Shown here piece after piece: positions 19,964-30,722 of a DNA stretch of 64,000 nucleotides. Position numbers and translations under genes: made by a program. The first letter of the stretch is position 1; the number at the start of each line of letters is the position of its first letter. Source of the DNA: a bacterium (GTDB taxonomy: Bacteria > UBA8248); assembly GCA_965221165.1 (NCBI GenBank), contig CBDCRP010000003.1:832001-896000 (forward strand). The letters run 5' to 3'. The notes below the pieces were generated by a model. That model was not told the DNA's origin. It was given only the letters and a program-made list of their open reading frames with translations, and ran no database searches.

Positions 19964-20833
19964 CTACCCTTCATTCGACGCGGAAAGCTCACCGAGTTGA
20001 AAGCGAGCCCAGGAAGAAACCCGAATTTCCTCACCCAACTCCGCGCTCCTGTCTTTGAGATACGCCTGAACCGTCTTGTCGGTATCCTTGACGAATAGCT
20101 GATCGAGCAGGCAAATCTCTTTTTTATATTTGTTGATGCGTCCTTCGACGATTTTCTCCAGAATATTCTCCGGCTTACCGGAATCTTTCTGCTGGGCGAG
20201 GAGAATCTCGCGCTCACTCTGAAGGACCACCTCCGGTATCTGATCCTCAGAGAGAAACTGCGGGCTGCTCGCCGCAATGTGCATCGCCAGATCGTGCGCG
20301 GTTCCCGCGAATGCGGAATCACTCGCTTTCTCTGGTGCTTCGCATCTCAAGTCAAGCAAAACGCCGATGCGACCGCCTGGATGAATATAGGAAACCACTT
20401 TGCCCGCGTCGCCGTCTTCCAACGAGAGGCGCTGCCCGCGGGCGACAATGATGTTCTCGCCCAATTTGGCGATGGCCTCCGTCGTCACCTCTTTCAGCGC
20501 TCCGGAGAGACCATCTCCTCCATTGTCCTTTGCATGGTTCGCGACGGTTTCGAGAAGCGACTGAAAATCCTCCGTGCGGGCCACGAAATCGGTCTCGCAA
20601 TTCACCTCGACGATGACGCCCATACGGCCGCCCTCCCCGAGAGAAGCATATACCTGGCCCTCGCTCGCCGCGCGCCCCGCTTTTTTGGCGGCGCTGGAAA
20701 GCCCTTTTTCCCGCAAATAGCGCACCGCTTCTTCAAAATCTCCCTCGTTCTCCTTGAGGGCTTCCTTGCAATCCATTATACCCGCACCTGTGCGGGTTCT
20801 TAACTCCTTGACCATCTGAGCAGTCACTTCCAT
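19964..20833 (-). CDS. tsf: Elongation factor Ts
   Basis: VKELR.RTGAG.MDCK.AL and [10 protein letters not shown] motifs. Confidence 0.98.
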   Translation of the reverse strand: MEVTAQMVKELRTRTGAGIMDCKEALKENEGDFEEAVRYLREKGLSSAAKKAGRAASEGQVYASLGEGGRMGVIVEVNCETDFVARTEDFQSLLETVANHAKDNGGDGLSGALKEVTTEAIAKLGENIIVARGQRLSLEDGDAGKVVSYIHPGGRIGVLLDLRCEAPEKASDSAFAGTAHDLAMHIAASSPQFLSEDQIPEVVLQSEREILLAQQKDSGKPENILEKIVEGRINKYKKEICLLDQLFVKDTDKTVQAYLKDRSAELGEEIRVSSWARFQLGELSASNEG

Positions 20834-20894
20834 GCCCTGAACCTCTCCTCATGCAATCCGGCTGTCGATGAAAAAGTAATGGTTGTCCTTCTGC

Positions 20895-21683
20895 CTATGT
20901 TTTATCGCCGCTTGCCGTGGCCGCCGCAGCCATCATCTCCGCCGCCACCGCATCACCCGATGCGACGACGGCTTCGACGTCCTCGGCCTCAGTCTCCTTG
21001 CGCACGGTGGCTCCCTCTGCGATGGCCTCCGCCACCCGTGATACGAAGAAGCGAATCGAGCGCAGGGCGTCGTCATTGCCCGGCAAGATATAATCCACCC
21101 CGTCGGGGTCGGAATTCGTGTCCACTACCGCGATGACGGGAATACCCAGTTTCCTGGCCTCGCGGATGGCGTTGTACTCATGTCCCGTATCGATGACGAA
21201 CATGGCCTGAGGCAATTTATCCATATGCTTGATGCCGCCGAGAAACTTCTCGAGCCGCGCCATGTCCTTCTCGCGCCTGACCGCCTCTTTTTTCGCCAAA
21301 AGCTCAAAGGTGCCGTCGTTCTTCATCGTCTCCAGATCGAGGAGGCGCGCGATGGAATTTTTTATCGTCGAGAAGTTCGTGAGCGTCCCGCCGAGCCAGC
21401 GCTGGGTGACGAAGGGCATTCCCACGTTGCGGGCCTCTTCCATCACGATTTCCTGGGCCTGTTGCTTCGTTCCCACGAAGAGCACCTTGCCGCCCTTCGC
21501 GGCGATGTCGCGAATCACCTCCCGAGCGGTGTTGAACAACTTGAGGGTTTTTTGAAGGTCGATGATGTAAATCCCGTTTCGCGCGCCGAAAATATAAGAG
21601 CGCATCTTGGGGTTCCATCGGATGGTCTGGTGCCCGAAATGGGCGCCTGCTTCCAGCAATTCGCGCAACGTAATCGGGTTCAC
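20895..21683 (-). CDS. rpsB: 30S ribosomal protein S2
   Basis: [25 protein letters not shown] and GNDDA motifs. Confidence 0.98.
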   Translation of the reverse strand: MNPITLRELLEAGAHFGHQTIRWNPKMRSYIFGARNGIYIIDLQKTLKLFNTAREVIRDIAAKGGKVLFVGTKQQAQEIVMEEARNVGMPFVTQRWLGGTLTNFSTIKNSIARLLDLETMKNDGTFELLAKKEAVRREKDMARLEKFLGGIKHMDKLPQAMFVIDTGHEYNAIREARKLGIPVIAVVDTNSDPDGVDYILPGNDDALRSIRFFVSRVAEAIAEGATVRKETEAEDVEAVVASGDAVAAEMMAAAATASGDKT

Positions 21684-21879
21684 GGGAACTCTCCTTTTGC
21701 CCCGCCTTTCATCGAGGGGAGCTCTGCCAGCCTATTGGCGGATCAGGCCGAATTTTTAAGCATTTGATTTTATTTGAGTAATCTGCCGACCAACTCCGCC
21801 ACCACGGCGTCCGCCACCGCTCGGCGCATGGAATGTCTCATAAGAACACCGACGATTCAAGTCGCCGAATCAAAAGCGT

Positions 21880-23100
21880 TCAAGTCTTGTAATCCGCGTT
21901 GAACCGCACGTATTCCGCGCTCAAATCCGTCGTCCAGAAAACGGCCTCCGCATCACCGACTCCGAGTTCCAGTTCGAGGCCGTATTCGGGCTGCTTGAGC
22001 AGGGGAGCCAAGTCTTCGGCCCAGCCCGGGACGGGCGCGCCATCGCGCATCACCTGCACGTTCTCGATCGTGAGCGACATCTTTTCGGGCGCCAAGTCCG
22101 CGCCGCTGTAGCCGGCCGCCGCAAACATCCGGCCCCAGTTGGGCATCTCGCCATGAATCGCCGTCTTCACCAACAGGCTCTCGGAAACCGACTTCGCGGC
22201 CAGACGCGCCTGCTCCTCGCTGGCTGCGCCCGTAATTTTCACCTCCACCACCTTGTTCACCCCCTCGCCATCACGAACGATGGACAGAGCCAGTTCCTTG
22301 CATACCCGGTAAAGCCCCGCCTCGAACCGCTTCAGGGCTTCCGCCGACTCCACCGCCACGCCAGATGCGCCCGTGGCGGCCAGGATTACCGTGTCGTTCG
22401 TCGACGTGTCGCCGTCAATCGTCACGCAGTTGAACGTCTTGCGCACGACGGCGCGCAGGATAGTCTGGAGGTCGGCTTGCGAGCAGGCGGCGTCGGTGGC
22501 GATGTAGGCGAGCATGGTCGCCATGTCGGGGGCGATCATGCCGGCTCCCTTGGTAATGCCGCCGATGTGGAAAACGCTCTCATCCGCACGCACCCGGACG
22601 GCGTGCTCCTTGGGCCGTGTATCGGTCGTCATGATGCCCACCGCCGCCTCGTGCCCATTATCCGAGGAAAGGCCGGACATCAGGTTCGCGATTTGACCCT
22701 TCATGGCGTCCACCGGAAGCGGGGCGCCGATAAGCCCGGTGGAGGACATGGCGACTTGCGCTTCGGGGCAGTCGAGTGAATCTGCCACTTCTCCGCACAG
22801 GCTCACGGCGTCCTCATAACCTTGTCGGCCCGTGCAGGCGTTCGCGTTGCCGCTGTTGACGAGAAATGCCCGCAAAGGCGATTTCCCGACCCGCTCCCTG
22901 CACAGGGTGACAGGAGCGGCGCACATCTTGTTTTGGGTATACACGCCCGCGGCGGCGGCCGGGGGGTCAAAGGCAAGCAGCACCATATCGGGCTTGCCCG
23001 AGGGCTTGATGCCCGCCGTCACCGAAGCGGCCCTTACTCCCTCGGCAGCGCAGATGCCGCCATCAATCGCCTGTATGAATTCCTGTTCGCTCACATCCAA
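21880..23100 (-). CDS. argJ: Bifunctional ornithine acetyltransferase / N-acetylglutamate synthase
   Basis: NSGNANACTG, IMTTDT, KGAGMI.PDMATML, DGDTSTND and DGEG motifs. Confidence 0.96.
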   Translation of the reverse strand: MDVSEQEFIQAIDGGICAAEGVRAASVTAGIKPSGKPDMVLLAFDPPAAAAGVYTQNKMCAAPVTLCRERVGKSPLRAFLVNSGNANACTGRQGYEDAVSLCGEVADSLDCPEAQVAMSSTGLIGAPLPVDAMKGQIANLMSGLSSDNGHEAAVGIMTTDTRPKEHAVRVRADESVFHIGGITKGAGMIAPDMATMLAYIATDAACSQADLQTILRAVVRKTFNCVTIDGDTSTNDTVILAATGASGVAVESAEALKRFEAGLYRVCKELALSIVRDGEGVNKVVEVKITGAASEEQARLAAKSVSESLLVKTAIHGEMPNWGRMFAAAGYSGADLAPEKMSLTIENVQVMRDGAPVPGWAEDLAPLLKQPEYGLELELGVGDAEAVFWTTDLSAEYVRFNADYKT

Positions 23101-24128
23101 AACCCCGGGTGAAGGAGACCTTGCGTCTCGGGAAGCCCCAGCATCAGATTCATGTTCTGAACCGCCGCTCCCGATGCGCCTTTTACCAGATTATCTATCG
23201 CCGCGACAACGATGAAGCGCGACGTCCGCTCATCATGCACCAAGCCGATGTCCACGTAATTCGAGCCGGCCACCTGCGTCACGTTGGGAAGCGCGCCCTC
23301 GTGCATCAGGCGGATGAACGGCTCATCCGCATAGGCGTCGCGCAGCGCCGCCCGAACCGCCGAAGCATCGGCGCCGCCCTCGCTCTCGGAGTAGATGGTC
23401 GAGAGAATGCCCCGTGTCATAGGCGCCAGATGCGGGGTGAAGGAAACCTGCACGACGTCGCCCAAGGCGGCGGACAATTCCTGCTCAATCTCGGGCGTAT
23501 GGCGATGATTCCCCACACCGTAGGCCTTGAAGCCCTCGTTCACCTCGCCGAACTGAAGACCCAAGTCCGCCTTTCTACCCGCTCCCGAAACGCCCGACTT
23601 CGCATCCACGATAATGGAGTTCGGCTTGATGAGCCTCGCCCTTAAAAGAGGAGAGAGGGCCAGAATCGCTCCCGTGGGATAGCAACCCGGGTTCGCGACG
23701 AGGCGCGCTTTTTTAATATCCTCGCGATAGAGTTCGGGTATGCCGTAAATGGCGTCCGCTATTCTTTCGGGCGAGGTATGCTTTGCCTTGTACCAGGCTT
23801 CATAGACACCAAAATCCCGCAAGCGGTAATCCGCGGAAAAATCCACCACCCGGTGACCGGCCTCCAGCAAGGAGGGCACGGTGTTCATCGCCACCCGATG
23901 GGGCAGGCAGCAGAATACGAGATCGGCTCCATCGCAGACGGAGAGCTCGAACTTCTCGAGCACCCCGCCGTGCACCGAAGCGAGGGCGGGAAACACCTCA
24001 TGCACCTTCTTGCCTGCATAGGTCTCGGACGTGAGGGACATCACCTCCACACCCCCGTGCGACCCGAGAAGCCTCAATAACTCAAAACCCGTGTATCCCG
24101 TGGCGCCCACCACGGCAATTTTCGGCAT
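23091..24128 (-). CDS. argC: N-acetyl-gamma-glutamyl-phosphate reductase
   Basis: GATGYTG.EL, ANPGCYPT, SGVSGAG, HRH.PEI and DNLVKGA motifs. Confidence 0.97.
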   Translation of the reverse strand: MPKIAVVGATGYTGFELLRLLGSHGGVEVMSLTSETYAGKKVHEVFPALASVHGGVLEKFELSVCDGADLVFCCLPHRVAMNTVPSLLEAGHRVVDFSADYRLRDFGVYEAWYKAKHTSPERIADAIYGIPELYREDIKKARLVANPGCYPTGAILALSPLLRARLIKPNSIIVDAKSGVSGAGRKADLGLQFGEVNEGFKAYGVGNHRHTPEIEQELSAALGDVVQVSFTPHLAPMTRGILSTIYSESEGGADASAVRAALRDAYADEPFIRLMHEGALPNVTQVAGSNYVDIGLVHDERTSRFIVVAAIDNLVKGASGAAVQNMNLMLGLPETQGLLHPGFWM

Positions 24129-24255
24129 CTCCTTCTCCTTCAGCATCCTTTCGCTTCAGATCAAATCTTCATCAAAAGGGTATCTGTCACAATCCATTTT
24201 TTCGCACAAAAAAAGGAGCCGGCAAAGCCAGCCCCCGAATCGACCACCAGAGTGG

Positions 24256-24651
24256 TTAGCGTTTGGAGAACTGGAAGCTCTTGCGCGCGCCTTTCAAGCC
24301 GTATTTTTTGCGCTCTTTGACACGAGAGTCGCGCGTGATGAGGCCCGCTTTTTTCAGAATCGTCCGGAATGCGGGGTCCACGTCCAGCAGGGCCTTTGAA
24401 ATGCCGTGGCGAACGGCGCCCGCCTGGCCGGTGAGTCCCCCGCCCTTCACGGTAGCCCGCACGTCGTAGCTGCCCCAGGTCTCGGTCAATTCGAAGGGCT
24501 GCTTGATTACCATGAGCGAGGTGTCGCGGAGGAAATACTCGTCCGCCGGCGTGTTGTTGACCAGAATTCTGCCGTCGCCCGGCTCTATCCAGACGCGCGC
24601 GACGGCTGTTTTCCGTTTTCCCGTTGCGTAGTGCTTCGGTATCGTAGCCAT
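24256..24651 (-). CDS. rpsI: 30S ribosomal protein S9
   Basis: [20 protein letters not shown] and QFSKR C-terminus. Confidence 0.98.
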   Translation of the reverse strand: MATIPKHYATGKRKTAVARVWIEPGDGRILVNNTPADEYFLRDTSLMVIKQPFELTETWGSYDVRATVKGGGLTGQAGAVRHGISKALLDVDPAFRTILKKAGLITRDSRVKERKKYGLKGARKSFQFSKR

Positions 24652-24677
24652 ATCGATTTCAAAAACCTCTTGGAGTT

Positions 24678-25127
24678 TCAGTCAAACTGCACCGCTTCGG
24701 GGCATTGCGCCTCGTGCGGATGTTTATCGCCCGCGTATACTTTGAGTTTTTGCAGCAAGGAGCGCCCCAGCTTGTTTTTGGGCAACATTCCCCTCACGGC
24801 GTGTTCTATCACACGCTCGGGATGCGTTTCCAGCATGCGCTCCGCGCTCACCTCCTTGAGATGCCCCGGATAGCCGGAATGGCGGTAATACTTTTTCTCC
24901 GAAAGCTTTCGGCCCGTGAGTATGATGCGCTCCGCATTGATGATGACGACGTACTCGCCATTATCGACGTGCGGCGTCCAGTCCGGTTTGTGCTTCCCGC
25001 GCAGCAACGTAGCCACGCGCGTGGAAAGACGCCCCAGAGTCTGATCCTTCGCATCCACCAGCACCCAACCGCGCTGGGCGTTGGCCTTCTCTTTCGTGAG
25101 GCTGACTGTCTTGTGGTACATTCTCAT
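24678..25127 (-). CDS. rplM: 50S ribosomal protein L13
   Basis: W..VDA....[16 protein letters not shown] and HSGYPG motifs; start set to 25127. Confidence 0.97.
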   Translation of the reverse strand: MRMYHKTVSLTKEKANAQRGWVLVDAKDQTLGRLSTRVATLLRGKHKPDWTPHVDNGEYVVIINAERIILTGRKLSEKKYYRHSGYPGHLKEVSAERMLETHPERVIEHAVRGMLPKNKLGRSLLQKLKVYAGDKHPHEAQCPEAVQFD

Positions 25128-25339
25128 CGGCTCTCTTCTCTTCTGTGCGCAAAAACAATCTTCTCTCAAGAAGACGAAGGTGTAACTAAACCCCAGATGG
25201 CCGGACGATGTCAACCACCTCGGGCGGAATTTTCCGGGAAAGGGACCCATACGCGGACGCAGTGCGTATCTCATTGTTTTTTATGAATTTAAGACCCCGT
25301 GCCGACCCCAAGTGAAACCATCGGCCAAAGAAAGCCGCA

Positions 25340-26638
25340 TCACAGTTTGAACAAACGGCCGTTTTGCTCGAAATCCGCGAAGGCGTTGCGCGTATCCACG
25401 ATGCAATTCGCATGGGCGTGGATGCACTCTCTGTCCAATAATTCGTGATTCGCGAGCAGGACCACGCAGTCGTATTCACGCAGCGAATCGGCGCTGATGG
25501 GCCGGGATTGCGCTTTTACAGGATGCACTTCGATTTCCGGCACATAGGGATCCGAATAAAAAACGCTCGCCCCGAGGCGTTCGAGACCGCGCCAGACGTC
25601 GAGGGCAGGACTCTCCCGGATATCGGTGGCCTCCGCCTTGTACGTCACCCCTATCAGTAAGACCCTGGCTCCCTTGAGCGGCGTGCCCGTCTCGTTCAGG
25701 GCGTTGGACGTGAGTTCCACGACGAACTGCGGCATCGAATTGTTGACCTTCTCGGCCAGGTCGATGAACCTCGCCTCGAATCCCTCCTGTCGGGCCTTCC
25801 AGGACAAGTAGACGGGATCAACGGGGATGCAATGCCCGCCGAGGCCCGGCCCGGGATAAAAGGGCATGAAGCCGAAGGGCTTCGTCTTCGCCGCCTCAAT
25901 CACCTCCCACACGTCCACGTCGAGGGCATGGCACATTTTCGCCATCTCGTTCACCAGGGCGATGTTGACGCTGCGAAACGTATTTTCGAGCAACTTCACC
26001 ATCTCCGCGACCCGGGGCGAGGCGACCCGCACAATCTCCTCGACCCCGCCTTCATACAAAGCGCAAGCACAATCCGCACAGTTTTGCGTCACACCGCCCA
26101 CGACTTTCGGTATATTCCTCGTGGTGTATCGCTCGTTTCCGGGGTCTAGGCGCTCGGGCGAGAAGGCGAGGTAGAAATCCTCGCCCACCTCCCAGCCCTC
26201 TTCGGACAAAACGGGCAAAATGATTTCCTCGGTCGTCCCCGGATAGGTAGTGCTTTCGAGCACATAAAGCTGCCCTCGCCTGCGGTGATGCCTGATGCTC
26301 CCGATGGCGGACTGCACGAAGGACAAATCCGGGTCTCCGGTCTTGCCCAATGGAGTGGGAACGCAAATGCTGATCGCGTCCACCGCCGCAAGCATCCCAT
26401 TGTCGGAGGTGAACTCGAGCCGATTCGTCCCCAGCCCCGCCGACACGCTTTCTGAGGAAACATCCGGAATGTAGCTCTTCCCTTTTTGCAGGTCACCAAT
26501 GCGGCCGGGGTTCGAATCCAGCCCGACGACCCGGTAGCCTGCGCGCACGAACTCCAGGGCGAGCGGGAGTCCGACGTACCCCAAACCCATCACACACGCG
26601 TGAACCTTCTTTTTCCGAATTTTCTCGATGAGTTGCAC
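25340..26638 (-). CDS. Nucleotide-sugar 6-dehydrogenase (UDP-GlcNAc/ManNAc dehydrogenase, WbpA/WecC-like)
   Basis: GLGYVGLPLA, CVPTP, ESTTYPGTT, FSPER, KLLENTFR.VNIA and GGHCIPVDP motifs; GTG start after GGAGG. Confidence 0.92.
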   Translation of the reverse strand: MQLIEKIRKKKVHACVMGLGYVGLPLALEFVRAGYRVVGLDSNPGRIGDLQKGKSYIPDVSSESVSAGLGTNRLEFTSDNGMLAAVDAISICVPTPLGKTGDPDLSFVQSAIGSIRHHRRRGQLYVLESTTYPGTTEEIILPVLSEEGWEVGEDFYLAFSPERLDPGNERYTTRNIPKVVGGVTQNCADCACALYEGGVEEIVRVASPRVAEMVKLLENTFRSVNIALVNEMAKMCHALDVDVWEVIEAAKTKPFGFMPFYPGPGLGGHCIPVDPVYLSWKARQEGFEARFIDLAEKVNNSMPQFVVELTSNALNETGTPLKGARVLLIGVTYKAEATDIRESPALDVWRGLERLGASVFYSDPYVPEIEVHPVKAQSRPISADSLREYDCVVLLANHELLDRECIHAHANCIVDTRNAFADFEQNGRLFKL

Positions 26639-26938
26639 AGACCCCTCCACAAGACAAACGTATGGGGGTCCTCTGAGAACGATCATTACATGGTTGGTGA
26701 CTCGCCGAATTCCTTTTGATCCATTCGCCTGGAAGGGAAACCAAAAGGATTTCCAGCGAACCGATCGTTCGCGGCCAACTCATGACGCGGAAAAGTACGT
26801 GAGATGCCGATAGTGCTCGCCGCGCCGATTGACATTCCTCCGGTGGCTGAACACTATAGAATATCGACGTGCATTTCTACAGCCTGGTTCGTTTCAATCG
26901 ACGGCCATCACGGCGTTTACACAACGGGGGACCCGAGC

Positions 26939-27907
26939 ATGAAATGGTTGACGGGACTGGCCGCGGGCCTGCTCCTCTGGACGGGCACTGCCCATGCGGC
27001 GGAAAAATGGAACATGCCGACGGCGTATGGGACCGCGAACTACCACACGCAAAACGCCAAGCTCTTCGCCAAGGCGGTGAACATATGCACTGAGGGGAAA
27101 CTCGATATCGTGGTGCATGGAGGCGGTTCCCTCATCAAGGGCGGCGAGATCAAACGCGCCGTGCAAACCGGCAAGGCTCCCATCGGCGAGCGCTTGCTGA
27201 GCGCGCACCAGAACGAGAACGCCCTCTTCGGGTTCGACTCCGTACCGCTGCTGGCCACGTCCTTCGAGGAGTCCGAGCGGCTTTGGCGGGCGGCCCGAAG
27301 CCGACTGGCGAAGATTCTCGCCGAGCAGAATCTCGTACTGCTCTACTCCGTCCCCTGGCCGCCGCAGGGGATGTATTTCAAACGCGCGGTCGGCGGCGTC
27401 GCCAACATGCGCGGGCTCAAGTTCCGCGCCTACAACGCCGCGACGGCGAGGCTGGCGGAACTCGCCGGAATGCCCTCGGTGCATGTTGAGGCGGCGGAAC
27501 TCAACCGGGCGCTGGCGAGCGGGGCGGTGGAGGCCTTCATCTCATCGAGCGCGACTGCCTACGACCTCAAACTCTGGAAACACGTGAGCCATTTCTACGA
27601 CACCCGGGCCTGGCTGCCGCGCAACTACGTGTTTGCGAACAAACGAGCTTTTGAAGCGCTCGACCCGCATGGGCGCAACTGCCTGCGCTCCTCGGCGCTG
27701 CTGGCGGAAGCGGCAGGAACCGCGCGGGTGCGCGAGTTGACCGGCTTTTATCTCAAACAACTCGTCGCCAACGGCATGAGCGTACAGAAGCCCGGGAAGC
27801 GCCTCGCCGCCGATCTCGCCAAAATCGGAGAAACCATGTCCGCCGAATGGACCAAAGCCGCAGGGGCCGGAGGCGCCGCGATCATCAAGGCCTTTAGGGG
27901 GAAGTAG
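26939..27907 (+). CDS. dctP: TRAP transporter periplasmic substrate-binding protein (DctP family)
   Basis: Signal peptide ending AHA; WPPQG and GLKFRAYN motifs. Confidence 0.88.
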   Translation: MKWLTGLAAGLLLWTGTAHAAEKWNMPTAYGTANYHTQNAKLFAKAVNICTEGKLDIVVHGGGSLIKGGEIKRAVQTGKAPIGERLLSAHQNENALFGFDSVPLLATSFEESERLWRAARSRLAKILAEQNLVLLYSVPWPPQGMYFKRAVGGVANMRGLKFRAYNAATARLAELAGMPSVHVEAAELNRALASGAVEAFISSSATAYDLKLWKHVSHFYDTRAWLPRNYVFANKRAFEALDPHGRNCLRSSALLAEAAGTARVRELTGFYLKQLVANGMSVQKPGKRLAADLAKIGETMSAEWTKAAGAGGAAIIKAFRGK

Positions 27908-27967
27908 AGGTTCGGGAACCTTCTTCAATGAGGGGGCTTGGCCTTCAACATGGATTGCGAAACAGGG

Positions 27968-28010
27968 TTGACGTTTTCCTCCATTCCTCCGATAATTATC
28001 TTATGGAGGA
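27968..28010 (+). promoter_or_regulatory. Sigma70 promoter and candidate autoregulatory operator of vapBC
   Basis: TTGACG-17 nt-GATAAT; palindrome GATAATTATC over the -10 box; inverted repeat TCCTCCAT/ATGGAGGA. Confidence 0.7.
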
Positions 28011-28017
28011 ATAAGCG

Positions 28018-28272
28018 ATGCCACTGAACATCAAAGATGACGATACCCATGAGTTGGCAAAAAAACTCGCGAGCCTGACCGGAGAATCCATGGCCAAGGC
28101 CGTCAAGCGCGCCATACAGGAAAAGCTGGCGCAGGTGGAGAAGATGCGGGGCGGGACCCCGCTTGCCGATGAACTGGACCGCATCGCCTTGTATTGCGCC
28201 AAGCTGCCGAGACGTGACGAGCGAAGCAGCGAAGAGATCATCGGGTATGACGAAAGCGGCTTGCCCGCTTGA
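28018..28272 (+). CDS. vapB: Type II antitoxin VapB (Rv0623-like RHH family)
   Basis: MPLNIKD....LA..LA..TGES...AV and GYDE.GLP motifs; overlaps the vapC start. Confidence 0.9.
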   Translation: MPLNIKDDDTHELAKKLASLTGESMAKAVKRAIQEKLAQVEKMRGGTPLADELDRIALYCAKLPRRDERSSEEIIGYDESGLPA

Positions 28273-28691
28273 TGGTCATCGACACATCGGCGCTCATCGC
28301 CATCATGGGCGATGAACCCGAAAGGCGCGCCTTCAATGAACTAATTGAAAAGGCGGCGGTCACCTGCATCAGTGCCGCGAATCTGCTTGAAACCCGCATA
28401 ATTTTGTTTGCCCGATTCGATGATAGCGCGACCTTGGCATTGGACGCTTTTTTCCAGAAGAGCGGCACGACCATCATGGATGTGTCGCCTCGCATCGCCG
28501 ACATTGCTTTCGACGCTTACAGACGTTTTGGTAAGGGCACCGGCCACGGCGCCGCCTTGAACTATGGCGATTGCTTCTCCTATGCCTTGGCCAAGTATCT
28601 GGATGCACCGCTCCTGTTCAAGGGCGATGATTTCTCTCAGACGGACATCGTATCGGCCATGGACGAAGCGGCGAGAAAAGAAAAATCGTGA
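28269..28691 (+). CDS. vapC: Type II toxin VapC (PIN-domain RNase)
   Basis: VIDTSAL.AI, LNYGDCFSYALA and LLFKGDDF..TD motifs. Confidence 0.93.
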   Translation: MMVIDTSALIAIMGDEPERRAFNELIEKAAVTCISAANLLETRIILFARFDDSATLALDAFFQKSGTTIMDVSPRIADIAFDAYRRFGKGTGHGAALNYGDCFSYALAKYLDAPLLFKGDDFSQTDIVSAMDEAARKEKS

Positions 28692-28769
28692 GCGATTTTC
28701 ACTCAGGAAGCGTTGTTTGAAGAATCTCTCGTGATGTCCCCGCACCAGAAAGCGTGTGGGCGGACAACA

Positions 28770-29432
28770 TCAAATGTTCATGGCGCGGACGAGGGGCGCA
28801 CCCTCGTGAAGATCGATCACGTTCAAGGCCGCAAAGTCCTGCTCCAGCCGAAAAAAGCTCTCCAGCGGAGCGCCCAGCGCATCGCACAGAATCACCCGGT
28901 TCACCGCCGCATGGGCGCAGATGATGACGTTCTTGTCTTTTTCCCGGACGCAGATGCCGCGAAACGCGGGCAAGACCCGCGCGGCGAGTTCTTCGAGAGA
29001 TTCCCCATCACCCGGCGGTTTGGAGCGCACGGAATTCCGGTAATGCGCGGCCAATCGCTCGGGTTGGTTTTTCGTGAGGGAGGCGTGCGTCTCCCCTTCC
29101 CAGTCGCCCAGGTGAAGTTCGGCGATATCGGAAACGATCACGGGCTTGAGTCCCAAGCCCATCGCATCCGCTAATATCTCCGCCGTCCTCGCGGAGCGGA
29201 TGAGCGGGCTGGCGTAAAGAGCCGCTTCACCCTCCATCAGCCAACCCTTAACGCGCGCCGCCGCTTCGCGAACCTGCGCCTCGCCTTCCGCCAAGAGCGG
29301 CGCATCGGTGCTGCCGTAGAAATAACCCTCTTTCGATCCCTCTGCCGCGCCGTGTCTGAGCAAAAGGACGCGCGTGGTGGTTTCGATCCCCCGGGGCATG
29401 GAAACGGTGGAATCGGCCCGCCTGTCGGTCAC
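28770..29432 (-). CDS. Histidine phosphatase family protein (CobC/PGAM-like)
   Basis: LLRHG, SPL.RS..TA, E...G.WEG, GES and AH..VNR motifs. Confidence 0.88.
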   Translation of the reverse strand: MTDRRADSTVSMPRGIETTTRVLLLRHGAAEGSKEGYFYGSTDAPLLAEGEAQVREAAARVKGWLMEGEAALYASPLIRSARTAEILADAMGLGLKPVIVSDIAELHLGDWEGETHASLTKNQPERLAAHYRNSVRSKPPGDGESLEELAARVLPAFRGICVREKDKNVIICAHAAVNRVILCDALGAPLESFFRLEQDFAALNVIDLHEGAPLVRAMNI

Positions 29433-29498
29433 GTTTTTTCTCCAACGTAAAAATCAGGCGGGCAAGCCCTCCGAGCGTGCTCAAAACCCGCTTCGACG

Positions 29499-29900
29499 CT
29501 ATTTCGTGGCCAGAGATATATCCCGAATCCCCGCCCCGGATATAAGGCCCATCACCTTGATCACATAGCCGTAATCGAGGCGCTTATCCGCCTTGACCGT
29601 CAAGGAAGGCTTGAACTTTCCACTCTCGACGCCCGCCTTCAATTCGTTTTCGAGGTGATCGAGCAGCACCGTCTTTCCGTTTAAGGAGATTCGCTTCTCC
29701 ACGCCGACTTCGATGAGAAACGATTTTTTCTCCACCACCTCGGCGCTCGATTTCGCTTCGGGGAGTTCAATGTCGAGCCTGCGGGTGAAATCCACGAAAG
29801 AGGTGGAGACCATGAAAAAGATCAGGAGCAAAAAAACAACGTCAATCAACGACGTGAGTTGGAGGCTGTAATCTTCCTCTGAATCGCCCTGAAAGCGCAT
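29499..29900 (-). CDS. exbD: ExbD/TolR family protein
   Basis: LTSLIDVVFLLLIFFMV TM segment and AD...YG.V..VM motif. Confidence 0.9.
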   Translation of the reverse strand: MRFQGDSEEDYSLQLTSLIDVVFLLLIFFMVSTSFVDFTRRLDIELPEAKSSAEVVEKKSFLIEVGVEKRISLNGKTVLLDHLENELKAGVESGKFKPSLTVKADKRLDYGYVIKVMGLISGAGIRDISLATK

Positions 29901-30722
29901 TTACATGTCCTCGCGCTGCGGACTCAAGCTCTCCAGACCCTGCGCCTCGTCGTGGAGCGCATCATCCGTGTTCTCGCTTGGTCCTCCTGCTTGCGCCGCC
30001 AGGTTCTGCAAAAGCGCCAGGGCGATCGATTCCATCTCGAACAGGAGGCGACCGCTGCGCGAGCGGAAAAAGTGATACGCCGCAAGGGCCGGAATGCCTA
30101 TCAAAAGGCCCGCCGCCGTGGTCAGAAGCGCTTCCGAAATCCCCTCCGCCACCAGATTCGGGTTTCCCGTGCCTGCGCGGCTGATGACGTCGAAGGCGCG
30201 AATCATGCCGACGACGGTGCCGAACAGGCCCAGCATCGGCGCCAGGTTCGCGATGACGCCCAAGCCGCGGAGGTTGCGCGACAAGACGGTCGATTCGTGC
30301 CGGCCCGCGCCGACCATGGCGCGCTCCATCTCGCCGAGTCCCAGGCGCCGCCTCGCCAGACCCGCCTGCAGTACGCGCGCGAGGGGCGCGTCGAACCGCT
30401 CACAGATGCCGGCGGCCTCCGCGAAATCGCCGCGCCGCCAACACCTCTCGGAGGCGGACACGAGGGCTTCTGGAAGAACTTTCTTTCGCCTGAGAGAGAT
30501 GAGCCGTTCGAGCGTCACCATGAGCGCAATGACCGAGCACAGCCCCAGGGGGATCATCGTATACCCCCCCTTCTTCAAAAGCTCCCACACCCTGGGAGTA
30601 AAACCCCACCCGGCAACGTTCCAGGCGGCGAGCGCCTGCGTCGCGGCGAGCAAGAGAAAAACACCCGCCAAACTCGTGGCGAAGATCCATTTGCGGCTTA
30701 CACCTTTCGGTTCACGAGACAC
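29901..30722 (-). CDS. exbB: MotA/TolQ/ExbB proton channel protein
   Basis: APMLGLFGTV.GMI.AF and GISEAL.TTA.GL motifs. Confidence 0.9.
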   Translation of the reverse strand: MSREPKGVSRKWIFATSLAGVFLLLAATQALAAWNVAGWGFTPRVWELLKKGGYTMIPLGLCSVIALMVTLERLISLRRKKVLPEALVSASERCWRRGDFAEAAGICERFDAPLARVLQAGLARRRLGLGEMERAMVGAGRHESTVLSRNLRGLGVIANLAPMLGLFGTVVGMIRAFDVISRAGTGNPNLVAEGISEALLTTAAGLLIGIPALAAYHFFRSRSGRLLFEMESIALALLQNLAAQAGGPSENTDDALHDEAQGLESLSPQREDM

